A model generated the notes under the pieces. It searched no databases. It was not told the DNA's origin and worked only from the letters and a program-made list of their open reading frames with translations. From Nitrospinota bacterium (GTDB taxonomy: Bacteria > Nitrospinota_A > UBA7883): a stretch of 64,000 nucleotides of DNA. Below are positions 55,705 to 64,000 of the stretch, one piece after another. Location: the NCBI GenBank assembly GCA_965223725.1, contig CBDCXE010000003.1:156689-220688 (forward strand). Reading direction: 5' to 3'. The position numbers and the translations under genes were made by a program. How positions within the stretch are numbered: position 1 is the stretch's first letter; each line of letters starts with the position of its first letter.

Positions 55705-55784
55705 AATAATTAAACCACGATTTTATTTATTGAATTTATTATATACAGCCTGGCCAAATATCAGGCGGTTTCATTACTAAGGGG

Positions 55785-57290
55785 ATGAAGATGGATTTCT
55801 TTACTACTAAAAAAAGATTTGAATCATACAAGACAGAGGGCCTTCTTATAGGCGTCACCCATAAAAATTTTTCCGACCCTGTCCTGGCAGCGATAGACAA
55901 ACGTCTGGGCGGCGCGATGAAAAAATCGATGAGGAGCGCCCGGTTCGAGGGCTCTCCGGGGCAAACGTTCAGCATCGACACCTTGGGCAGACATCCCGCC
56001 GCAAAGGTGGTTATCGTGGGGCTGGGCAAGAAAAATGAATTCACCCTGGATGTCATCCGACGAGCCTCCGCCGGAGGCGCCAAAGCGATGAAATCGGCCG
56101 GAGTTAAAAAATACGCCACCACCCTGGCGTTGGAGCCGCTTAATAAAATCACCATTAAAGAGCTGGCCCAGGCGGTATGTGAAGGCGCCAACCTGGCCAT
56201 GTACAGCTTTGACCAGCTGAAGGCGGAGAAAACAAAAAGGAAAGTGGAAAGCCTGACCCTGTTCGCCGCAAACAGCAAATGCATGGCATCCATATCCGAG
56301 GGTATGAACCGGGGCAAGGCGACCTCCGACGGCGCATGTTTCGCCCGTGACCTCATCAACCTGCCGGGCAATGTGGTCACCCCATCCTACATGGCCAACC
56401 AGGCCAAAAAATTCTCCGCCGAAACCGGGATCAAGTGCAAGGTTCTGTTGCCGAAGGATATCAAGCGTCTGAAAATGGGCGGCCTGGCCGGTGTGGCCCG
56501 TGGCAGTGACGAGCCGGCGCGGTTTATCGTGATGGAGTGGATGAAAGGGCCGAAATCGCAAAAACCGATCGTGCTGGTCGGTAAAGGGCTGACCTTCGAC
56601 ACCGGCGGCATCTCCCTCAAACCATCGGGCGACATGCACGAAATGAAGGCGGACATGTCTGGCGGGGCCGCGGTGCTGGCCACCCTGCGCACAGCCGCGC
56701 AGCTGAAGCTCAAGGTCAACCTGGTGGGGCTGGTGCCATCCACCGAAAATATGCCGGGCGGGTCGGCCACCAAGCCGGGCGACGTGCTGACCGGGATGTC
56801 TGGCGTCACCATGGAGGTGCTGAACACAGACGCGGAGGGTCGGCTGATCCTGGCGGACGGCCTGGCCTATGCGGAGCGGTACAACCCGGATTGCGTAATA
56901 GATATCGCCACCCTCACCGGAGCCTGCATGGTGGCGCTCGGCTCCTATGCTTCCGGCTTGTTTGGCAACGACGACAAACTGAAAGAGCAGATCCGGCAGG
57001 CGGGCGAGCGCACGGGCGAGCGGATGTGGCCGATGCCGCTATGGCCAGAGTATGAGGATGATATAAAAAGCGATGTGGCCGACGTGCAAAACATCGGGCC
57101 GCGCTGGGGCGGCGCCATCACCGCCGCCGCGTTTCTGAAAAAACATGTGACCGGCGCCTGGGCCCATCTGGATATCGCCGGAACCGCGTATAGTAAAGCC
57201 GCGCGGCACTATATCAGCCCCGGCGGTGTCGGGCTGGGTGTTCGCCTGATGATAGAGTTTATCGAAAACCGCGCAAAACTTAAAAAGTAG
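55785..57290 (+). CDS. pepA: leucyl aminopeptidase (M17)
   Basis: NTDAEGRL and the cytosol aminopeptidase metal-binding region. Confidence 0.9.
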   Translation: MKMDFFTTKKRFESYKTEGLLIGVTHKNFSDPVLAAIDKRLGGAMKKSMRSARFEGSPGQTFSIDTLGRHPAAKVVIVGLGKKNEFTLDVIRRASAGGAKAMKSAGVKKYATTLALEPLNKITIKELAQAVCEGANLAMYSFDQLKAEKTKRKVESLTLFAANSKCMASISEGMNRGKATSDGACFARDLINLPGNVVTPSYMANQAKKFSAETGIKCKVLLPKDIKRLKMGGLAGVARGSDEPARFIVMEWMKGPKSQKPIVLVGKGLTFDTGGISLKPSGDMHEMKADMSGGAAVLATLRTAAQLKLKVNLVGLVPSTENMPGGSATKPGDVLTGMSGVTMEVLNTDAEGRLILADGLAYAERYNPDCVIDIATLTGACMVALGSYASGLFGNDDKLKEQIRQAGERTGERMWPMPLWPEYEDDIKSDVADVQNIGPRWGGAITAAAFLKKHVTGAWAHLDIAGTAYSKAARHYISPGGVGLGVRLMIEFIENRAKLKK

Positions 57291-57294
57291 AATC

Positions 57295-57810
57295 ATGAAA
57301 TCAAAAAGAGAACTTAAAGATATTTTAGAGAGCAGGAAAGCCCTGTTTAAACGTAAACCGGAAGCTGCTATTTACAAGCCGAAGGTGACCACGCAATGGA
57401 AAGGGGGCCTGCTGCATGAAAACAGTATAAGGGATCATATTGTAGAGTCGGACTATCCGGTTCCATCTGGCGGGTCCGATAAGGCGGCCAACCCTATGGA
57501 GTTGGTGCTTGCGTCGCTCGGCTCTTGTGTATCCGCTGTGTATATCGAATACGCCGTATTGATGGGTGTTACCCTAGACAGCGTGACCGTGGAGACGGAA
57601 GGGGTGATAGACCTGCGTGGATTGTTTAGCGTAGCCGATGATGTGCCTTCCGGGTTCGAGTCGATCACTTATAATGTAACCATCAAATCTGGCGAGGGTA
57701 AGGATGCGATCGATAAACTGATCGCCGTGGCGGAGAGCCACTGCCCGGTATCAGATTCGCTGAAAAGAAGCGTAACCGTAAAATCGAATGTCGAGGTAGT
57801 TTCCGGCTAA
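57295..57810 (+). CDS. OsmC/Ohr family protein
   Basis: Conserved Cys pair (LGSCVS ... ESHCPVSDSL). Confidence 0.8.
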   Translation: MKSKRELKDILESRKALFKRKPEAAIYKPKVTTQWKGGLLHENSIRDHIVESDYPVPSGGSDKAANPMELVLASLGSCVSAVYIEYAVLMGVTLDSVTVETEGVIDLRGLFSVADDVPSGFESITYNVTIKSGEGKDAIDKLIAVAESHCPVSDSLKRSVTVKSNVEVVSG

Positions 57811-60092
57811 CGGTTGACACCGCCCAAAAACGCTGGCCATATGGCGGCGTTTGGCTCTGTTTTACGATTGAACGAGTAGACGCTGATTTTACCATTCTGG
57901 CTTGCTGTGGCTATATCTACAGTTCCATCGCCGTTTATATCACCGACAGTTGGCGAGGCGACAAAGCTGTTGGCGCCTTCGACAGGGATGTTCAAAACCA
58001 CCTGTCGCCCAGCGACATCGACCACCGATATAGCGCCCTCCTGATCCAGCGCGATAATATTCAAAACGCCGTTATTATCGAAATCGACCAGCGCCAAAGA
58101 CGCTTTCACTTTTGCGCCCAGCGGCGCGCGCCAATCTTCTTCACCACTGGCCAGGTCCAGAATATGAATATCACCCTTCGTCGATACAATTGCGATCTCA
58201 GAAACATTGTCTCCATCCATATCGGCGATGACAGGGCTGGAAAAAAATTCACTTTTTACATCGTATTTCCATACTACCTTTCCATCCATCGATGAAAGGG
58301 CGATCAGTCCGCTCTCTTTTGTGGCGAATACTACCAGGCCCTTTTTACCCGCTTTACCATAAGCAGGCGAAGAGTATTGCACCGGCGGTATATTAGCGGA
58401 CCAGAGCAGGGCCGGTTTGTCACGACGGCCTGTCACGGCGGCGACTTTGCCGGAGCTGGAAACAGTGATAAATTCAGGAGGGCCATCCCGATTCAAATCA
58501 GCTAGCAAAGGAACGGCCACCAGCGCGCCGGTATCCAGGTGGGCGGTATCCCACAGCTTGGCGCCATTGCTACCGTCCAGCGCCACCAGTCCTTTTTTAA
58601 TGGTAGGAACAATTATGTCCGGAATGTTGTCGCCTGTGATATCCCGGATGGTCGGCATGTTGATGACACTGCCAAGCTGGAGGCCAGAGCCAGCTTTCCA
58701 TAAAGTTTTTCCTTTACCATCCAGAGCGGTCACACCCCCGGAATTATCGGCGATAATGATATCCTCTGATCCATCACCATCCAGGTCGGCGGTAGCTGGC
58801 GCCGCAAAAACAGGCGCCGAGTTGTCGACTTTAAACAACTGTTTGCCATCTTGCCCGTTGAAGGCGAGCGCCATACCGGTGGCAGACGCAATAATAACAT
58901 CCAGCGAACCATCACCATTGATATCAGCCAGGGCAGGGGTGGCCGGGTTGCTGGCGCTGTGGGTCATGCTTTGCTCCCACATTAGTTTGCTGTCGAGCCT
59001 TTGCAAACTATCTCCGCCCTGCCGCGCCAGGTTTCCCCCAGGCTCACCTTTCGATCTGCTCTCCCACAGCTCCAGGCCTTTAATTTTTTCGATCAATGGG
59101 TTCAAAGTTGTCGTATCTATCAGGCCGGGGCTGAACGCGGAGTTAACAATGAAACCGGCTATAATAAGGCTCAGCAACGCTAGTAACCAGCCAAACATCG
59201 GATAATGGGTTGAACGTTTGACCGATGTTGAATCAAAATCGATCTCTTCTTCATCAATATCTTTGAAATCGGGGAAATTATCTTTTGGACCGCCAACACT
59301 GGCGACAATATCCTCCGGGACAGAGAGGTCTTCGATATCATGCACCACCGTCTCCCCCGCAGTTGATTCAACCTTATCGTCCGATATGTCCAAATCAGTG
59401 GCAGGTATCCTGATGACTGTCAGGTCAGGGTCAGCCTTGCTTTTCCCTACCATAAACCGGACCAGATCAAATCCGACCTTGTCACCTTCATTCAGTTCTG
59501 ATTCCCTGGTTTCCACCCCATTCACAAAAGTTCCGTTGATAGACGCCAGATCCTCGACCATTAACTTGCCACCTTTTATATAGAGCTGCGCATGCTTCCG
59601 GGAAACTCCGTCTGATTTGATAACAATATCGTTCGACTCGTCACGGCCGACCGTCTGGGTCGACGTGATAAAAAATTTCATTTTTTGAAAGTCTTTACTT
59701 TGGCCCTCGATATACCATTTTGTATTCTCTTTTGTGGGTGACCCGATTTCTATTTCTGGTTCCGCTGGCGCTTGCGCGTCCAGTTCCATCCTGGCGAATT
59801 CATCTGGATCAATATCCATAACCTTGATGGTTGAATTGCCCAGCTTGATGATATCCTGTGGCTCTAACTTATGCTTTTCGTCGATGCATTCATCATTCAC
59901 AACAGTGCCGGAGGCGCTATCGAGGTCCAAAACATAGATTTCGTCCTCTTCGGTAATTATTTCAGCATGAAAATCATCGATCCAACGATCTTTCAGGATA
60001 ATATCGTTCTTTGGATCGGCGCCAATACGCAACCGGGGTGTGTCGAGAACCATCCGCTCCTGATCAATTCCACTGATATTTAAAACTATCAT
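57807..60092 (-). CDS. transmembrane protein with two N-terminal FHA domains and a C-terminal FG-GAP-type beta-propeller
   Basis: Two FHA modules; a TM helix (MFGWLLALLSLIIAGFIV); seven D-x-[DN]-G-D-G repeats (INGDGSLDVII, DLDGDGSEDIII, ITGDNIPDII, DLNRDGPPEFI, DMDGDNVSEIAI, DFDNNGVLNIIA, DINGDGTVDIA). Confidence 0.75.
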   Translation of the reverse strand: MIVLNISGIDQERMVLDTPRLRIGADPKNDIILKDRWIDDFHAEIITEEDEIYVLDLDSASGTVVNDECIDEKHKLEPQDIIKLGNSTIKVMDIDPDEFARMELDAQAPAEPEIEIGSPTKENTKWYIEGQSKDFQKMKFFITSTQTVGRDESNDIVIKSDGVSRKHAQLYIKGGKLMVEDLASINGTFVNGVETRESELNEGDKVGFDLVRFMVGKSKADPDLTVIRIPATDLDISDDKVESTAGETVVHDIEDLSVPEDIVASVGGPKDNFPDFKDIDEEEIDFDSTSVKRSTHYPMFGWLLALLSLIIAGFIVNSAFSPGLIDTTTLNPLIEKIKGLELWESRSKGEPGGNLARQGGDSLQRLDSKLMWEQSMTHSASNPATPALADINGDGSLDVIIASATGMALAFNGQDGKQLFKVDNSAPVFAAPATADLDGDGSEDIIIADNSGGVTALDGKGKTLWKAGSGLQLGSVINMPTIRDITGDNIPDIIVPTIKKGLVALDGSNGAKLWDTAHLDTGALVAVPLLADLNRDGPPEFITVSSSGKVAAVTGRRDKPALLWSANIPPVQYSSPAYGKAGKKGLVVFATKESGLIALSSMDGKVVWKYDVKSEFFSSPVIADMDGDNVSEIAIVSTKGDIHILDLASGEEDWRAPLGAKVKASLALVDFDNNGVLNIIALDQEGAISVVDVAGRQVVLNIPVEGANSFVASPTVGDINGDGTVDIATASQNGKISVYSFNRKTEPNAAIWPAFLGGVNR

Positions 60093-60123
60093 CTCTACTT
60101 ATAAATTGTGCTGGTACTTAAAT

Positions 60124-61767
60124 CTATATTTTATTAATAGTCTGGTCAACAATCTCTTTTGCGTTTTCCTGAATATTACGCAGATGGTCAGCGCCCAAAA
60201 AGCTTTCCGCATAGATTTTATAGATATCCTCGGTGCCGGAGGGCCGGGCGGCAAACCATCCGTTTTCCGTGACCACTTTCAGCCCGCCGATCGGGGCGTT
60301 GTTGCCCGGCGCGCTGGTCAGCCTCGCCGTTATTTTTTCGCCCGCCAGCTCTTCCTCGGTCACCATATCGGCCGACAGTTTTGATAACGCCGATTTCTGG
60401 TCCGATGTCGCCGGCGCGTCGATCCGCTCGTATACCGGCTCGCCATATTTTTGTTCCAACTCCTTGTACAGCTCGCCCGGATCTCTCCCGGTCACCGCCG
60501 TTATCTCCGCCGCCAACAGGTTTAAAATTATCCCATCCTTGTCGGTGGTCCAGACGGAGCCGTCCCTGCGCAGGAACGATGCGCCAGAGCTCTCCTCGCC
60601 GCCGAACCCGACAGAGCCATCCATCAGCCCATCCACAAACCATTTGAACCCGACAGGAACCTCCGACAATCGCTTGTCCAACCCCGCCGTCACCCGGTCG
60701 ATCATCGAGCTGGAGACCAACGTCTTGCCCACCGCCACATCGGCGCCCCAGCCGGGCCGGTTGGCGAACAGATAGTTAACAGCCACCGAAAGATAGTGGT
60801 TCGGGTTGAGGATCCCGCTGCTTCTGGTCACGATCCCGTGCCGGTCATAATCGGGGTCGTTGCCAAAGGCGATATCGAATTTATCTTTCATATCGATGAG
60901 GCCGGCCATGGCAAAAGGGGATGAACAATCCATCCTGATTTTCCCATCCTTATCAACCGTCATGAAAGAGAATGTCGGATCGATTTGATCATTTACGATT
61001 TCGATATCGAGCTTGTACTTTTCCGCGATCGGTGTCCAGTACGCAATGCCGGAGCCGCCCATCGGGTCCACCCCGATTTTCAGACCCGCCGATGATATAG
61101 CCTCCATATCCAGCACATTCGCCAGGTCGTCCACATAAGGAGTTATGAAATCGTACTGCTCCACATAGCTGCTGTTAACAGCATTGGCGTAAACGGTACG
61201 GTACAACATTTCGTCGCCGGCCATGATTTCGTTGGCTCGATCCTGGATCCATTTAGTGACAGAAGTATCCGCCGGGCCGCCATTGGTGGGGTTGTATTTT
61301 ATGCCGCCATCGGCCGGGGGGTTGTGGGATGGCGTGATTACCACACCGTCCGCCAGCCCGGAATTTTTTCCTTTGTTATAAGTCAATATGGCGTGGGAAA
61401 TGACCGGGGTCGGCGTGTATCCCCGTCCCTGCTGGATCTTTAGATAGACATCGTTGGCCGCGAACACCTCCACCGCCGTGGTGAACGCCGGCTCCGAAAG
61501 CGCATGGGTGTCCATACCCAGAAACAGCGGACCCGACGTGCCTTGCGCCTTTCTGTATTCACATATAGCTTTGCAGATAGCCACGATGTGCGCTTCGTTA
61601 AAGCTCGACTCGAGCGACGAGCCGCGGTGACCCGATGTGCCGAACGCGACTTTATGCCTGGCGTCGAATACGTCAGGAATGTTGCTGTAATAGGCGCTGA
61701 CCAGATGTGGAACATTAACGAGGATCGACCGGGGCGCAGGCTTGCCCGCCAGTTTACTAATTACCAT
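60124..61767 (-). CDS. pgm: phosphoglucomutase (alpha-D-glucose phosphate-specific)
   Basis: TSGHRG and TPSHNPP active-site motifs; ~547 aa like E. coli Pgm. Confidence 0.9.
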   Translation of the reverse strand: MVISKLAGKPAPRSILVNVPHLVSAYYSNIPDVFDARHKVAFGTSGHRGSSLESSFNEAHIVAICKAICEYRKAQGTSGPLFLGMDTHALSEPAFTTAVEVFAANDVYLKIQQGRGYTPTPVISHAILTYNKGKNSGLADGVVITPSHNPPADGGIKYNPTNGGPADTSVTKWIQDRANEIMAGDEMLYRTVYANAVNSSYVEQYDFITPYVDDLANVLDMEAISSAGLKIGVDPMGGSGIAYWTPIAEKYKLDIEIVNDQIDPTFSFMTVDKDGKIRMDCSSPFAMAGLIDMKDKFDIAFGNDPDYDRHGIVTRSSGILNPNHYLSVAVNYLFANRPGWGADVAVGKTLVSSSMIDRVTAGLDKRLSEVPVGFKWFVDGLMDGSVGFGGEESSGASFLRRDGSVWTTDKDGIILNLLAAEITAVTGRDPGELYKELEQKYGEPVYERIDAPATSDQKSALSKLSADMVTEEELAGEKITARLTSAPGNNAPIGGLKVVTENGWFAARPSGTEDIYKIYAESFLGADHLRNIQENAKEIVDQTINKI

Positions 61768-61784
61768 TTTAATGTTCAGTCCGA

Positions 61785-63701
61785 TTACGAAGTATTTATT
61801 TTCTGATTTTTGTGGCTGCTTTCGATCCAGCTGATCACATGTTCCGCCGCCAGCTCCGGGTCAATCCTGCTTTGTTCCAACGCGCTCTCCATCAGTTGTT
61901 CGACCCCGATCCAGGGTTGATCGTCACAGATAACCTTGTTCACCTTCGGGTGTTCCGTCGGGTACAGTTTTTCCCTCTCGCTGGAGAGCTCTTCCGTCAC
62001 TTTTTCACCCTCCCGAAGGCCGGTATATACCAGGCTGATATCCCGCTCCGGCTCGAACCCGGCCATTTTAATCATTTTCTCCGCCAGATCTTTTATTTTC
62101 ACCGCCTCGCCCATTTCCAACAGGAATATATCGCCCTGGCCCCCCAGTGCGCCAGCCTGCAGAATCAGCCCCACCGCCTCCGGGATCGTCATAAAATAGC
62201 GCTCGATATCAGGATGGGTGATGGTCACCGGCCCGCGGCGCTCTATCTGGCTCATAAATGTGGGGACGACGCTGCCGTTGCTGCCCAGCACATTGCCGAA
62301 CCGTACGGCCATATATTCGGTCCCGCCCTTGTCGGCCATATATTGCATATACAGCTCACACACCCGTTTCGACGCGCCCATGACGCTGACCGGATTGACA
62401 GCCTTGTCTGTGGAGATCAGTATAAACTTCAGAGTGTTATACCGCAGCGCCAGGTCGGCCATGGTCTGCGTGCCGCCGATGTTGTTTCGGATGCCTTCAT
62501 CCTTGTTCTTCTCCATCATCGGCACATGCTTGTAGGCGGCGGCGTGGAACACCAGCTCCGGCTTATGCTCGGCGAATACCCGCTCCATTTTTTCCTTGTC
62601 GGTAACGTCGGCGCATATATACCGGGTTAAAACATTATCAGGCCCGCCAATGTCCAGCTCCAGTTGGTGCAGATTGTTTTCCGATATATCCACAAATGTC
62701 AGGCGCGAAGGCGAGAATCCGGCTATCTGCTTCGACAGCTCCGCGCCAATGGAGCCACCGGCGCCGGTTATCATCACCCTGCGCTCATTTAGAGCGCTCT
62801 CAATTTTCGTATAATCGACGCAGACAGGCTCGCGATAAAGCAGATCTTCGATCTGGATATTTCGGAGCGATGACGCGCTTATTTTATGGTGATGCTCATC
62901 AAAATAGCCCGGTATCACACGGCAGGCGATATGCTGTTCGTTGCACATGTTGTAAATATGCTCCAGCTTATCCCCCTCCAGCCTGGTGGCCACCAGCATC
63001 TCCTGCACACCAAACCGCGCCACCAGGTCTTCCAGAGTATCCAACGAGCTGAACACCGGATAGCCATGGATGCTTGTTCCTGCGTATACCGGGGCCTCAT
63101 CGATAAACCCGGCCACATTGTAATGTATGTTCGACTCGGCCGGATTGCTCTCCAACGAGCGCAACAGGTGCTCGCCCCTGTCGTTGGCGCCATATATAAC
63201 CACCGAAATTCCGCTGTCGCTAACGAAGTTGCCAACGCCTTGCTGGCTGGTAAACAGAGACTTGACAAATGAAGCAGGGTCATGATTTTTTGAATAATAG
63301 AGCCGGATCGAAAGCCGAAACAACGATATTAGCCCAACTGTTATTATCATATCGATAATCATCACCGACCGGCTGAACTTGCCGGCAAAATCGGGGAAAT
63401 AGTAGAAAAACATCCCTATCATGATAATGGCGGAGCTGATAACAGAAGCTTTGATTATGTTTATAAAATCGGTTACTCCGGTGTATCTCCACATGCCAGA
63501 TTGCAAACCGAACAGGGCGAATATAACAAGCTTGATGAGTACCACAGGCAGAACCGTTTGCTGGAAAAGTTCAAATGGAGCGCCCGCCAACGTTTCATAT
63601 CTCAGCCAGAAAGCCATCCAATAGGAGATACAAAGCAGCAGCGCGTCGGAAAAAATGACTATATAAGTATTCGGGTTGCCAAAGGCAATTCTAAATTTCA
63701 T
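61785..63701 (-). CDS. polysaccharide biosynthesis protein, membrane-bound NDP-sugar 4,6-dehydratase/epimerase (CapD/WbpM/PglF family)
   Basis: N-terminal 4 TM helices; Rossmann [14 protein letters not shown]; YxxxK region; ~638 aa. Confidence 0.9.
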   Translation of the reverse strand: MKFRIAFGNPNTYIVIFSDALLLCISYWMAFWLRYETLAGAPFELFQQTVLPVVLIKLVIFALFGLQSGMWRYTGVTDFINIIKASVISSAIIMIGMFFYYFPDFAGKFSRSVMIIDMIITVGLISLFRLSIRLYYSKNHDPASFVKSLFTSQQGVGNFVSDSGISVVIYGANDRGEHLLRSLESNPAESNIHYNVAGFIDEAPVYAGTSIHGYPVFSSLDTLEDLVARFGVQEMLVATRLEGDKLEHIYNMCNEQHIACRVIPGYFDEHHHKISASSLRNIQIEDLLYREPVCVDYTKIESALNERRVMITGAGGSIGAELSKQIAGFSPSRLTFVDISENNLHQLELDIGGPDNVLTRYICADVTDKEKMERVFAEHKPELVFHAAAYKHVPMMEKNKDEGIRNNIGGTQTMADLALRYNTLKFILISTDKAVNPVSVMGASKRVCELYMQYMADKGGTEYMAVRFGNVLGSNGSVVPTFMSQIERRGPVTITHPDIERYFMTIPEAVGLILQAGALGGQGDIFLLEMGEAVKIKDLAEKMIKMAGFEPERDISLVYTGLREGEKVTEELSSEREKLYPTEHPKVNKVICDDQPWIGVEQLMESALEQSRIDPELAAEHVISWIESSHKNQKINTS

Positions 63702-63852
63702 TCCGGAATTCTATCATTTTTAGCGAAATGACACCCCTTGTATTGCGCAATCGAGAGCACACCGAGCGCGTTTGATCGTAAATCATTCGGTAGTGGGTCA
63801 GTTTGAATCGTAGCACACTACCACTCACCACTTCAGTATTGTATAATGATCG

Positions 63853-64000
63853 CATGAAAAAGAAAGTTAAACGTCCACGGGATTTAAACCAGCGGGCCGC
63901 TTCAATCGTTAAAGCCGCCACCGAGGGTGAAACAGTTGAGGATGACGGCAAAAACCCAGCCGCTGTGGAGCTAGGCAGGTTGGGTGGACTGAAAGGCGGT
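63853..64000 (+). CDS. 5' end of small conserved basic protein (…KNPAAVELGRLGGLKGG…), partial
   Basis: ORF runs off the window end; N-terminal MKKKVKRPRDLNQRAASIV and the GRLGGLKGG motif resemble a widespread small DUF-type protein. Confidence 0.45.

Noticed and set aside
55824-56639. 271-aa ORF antisense to pepA
   Set aside because: pepA is unambiguous (NTDAEGRL); the antisense ORF is an artefact.
58417-59205. 262-aa Ser/Pro-rich ORF on + strand inside the FHA/propeller gene
   Set aside because: Low-complexity antisense translation of a repeat-rich coding region.
61812-63283. Several + strand ORFs (61812..62630, 62886..63272 and others) across the CapD-like gene
   Set aside because: The minus-strand CapD/WbpM-like gene has continuous family-wide homology; these are antisense frames.
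1-64000. CRISPR arrays, transposases or integrases
   Set aside because: No regularly spaced 25-40 bp repeats and no transposase/integrase-like ORFs in any frame. The only insertion-like feature is the AT-rich cassette with 9-bp direct repeats.

Overview
This 64 kb chromosomal window is gene-dense and about 55% GC. It comes from a bacterium that uses selenocysteine (a canonical tRNA-Sec gene, selC, is present) and has an anaerobe-like gene set: a likely PPi-dependent phosphofructokinase, a decaheme cytochrome c, an HD-GYP protein and an MtrH-like methyltransferase. Most of the window is housekeeping (pcm, pgsA, plsC, rnhB, yraN, def, fmt, ilvD, a fadD-like gene, folE, glyQ, nadB, engB, pepA, pgm, and CapD-like polysaccharide biosynthesis), interleaved with several accessory or unusual modules.

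The modules I think most worth follow-up:
1. A tightly packed 6-gene operon at 49.4-55.7 kb. It encodes an MglA-type Ras-like GTPase fused to a SurA-N-like chaperone domain, three Roadblock/LC7 (MglB-like) proteins, a TPR/zinc-ribbon polytopic membrane protein, and a DUF4388-TM-pseudopilin(GspG)-like protein. This looks like an unusual polarity/GTPase module wired to a pilin-like periplasmic domain.
2. A 1.1 kb AT-rich insertion at about 33.86-34.94 kb, bounded by 9-bp direct repeats. It carries two overlapping small ORFs, the second RelE/HigB-like, and sits directly beside a canonical HigB/HigA pair. This is a candidate novel toxin or defence cassette in a TA hotspot.
3. A 7-gene operon at 35.7-41.3 kb: two DUF1538 membrane proteins, a PII-like protein with an acidic tail, a CopZ-like HMA protein, the decaheme cytochrome c, a double-cNMP-binding polyferredoxin, and a membrane protein.

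Other items: a phage-like cI/LexA-type repressor with a divergent Xis-like HTH gene and a perfect 16-bp palindromic operator between them; a Fic protein preceded by two 41-bp tandem palindromic operator-like repeats; a sensor made of a PhnD-like periplasmic binding protein plus a HAMP-PAS-HisKA-REC protein that lacks an ATPase domain; and a secretin-N-only protein operon. Many of the antisense ORFs in the supplied track are artefacts of the GC-rich coding strand.
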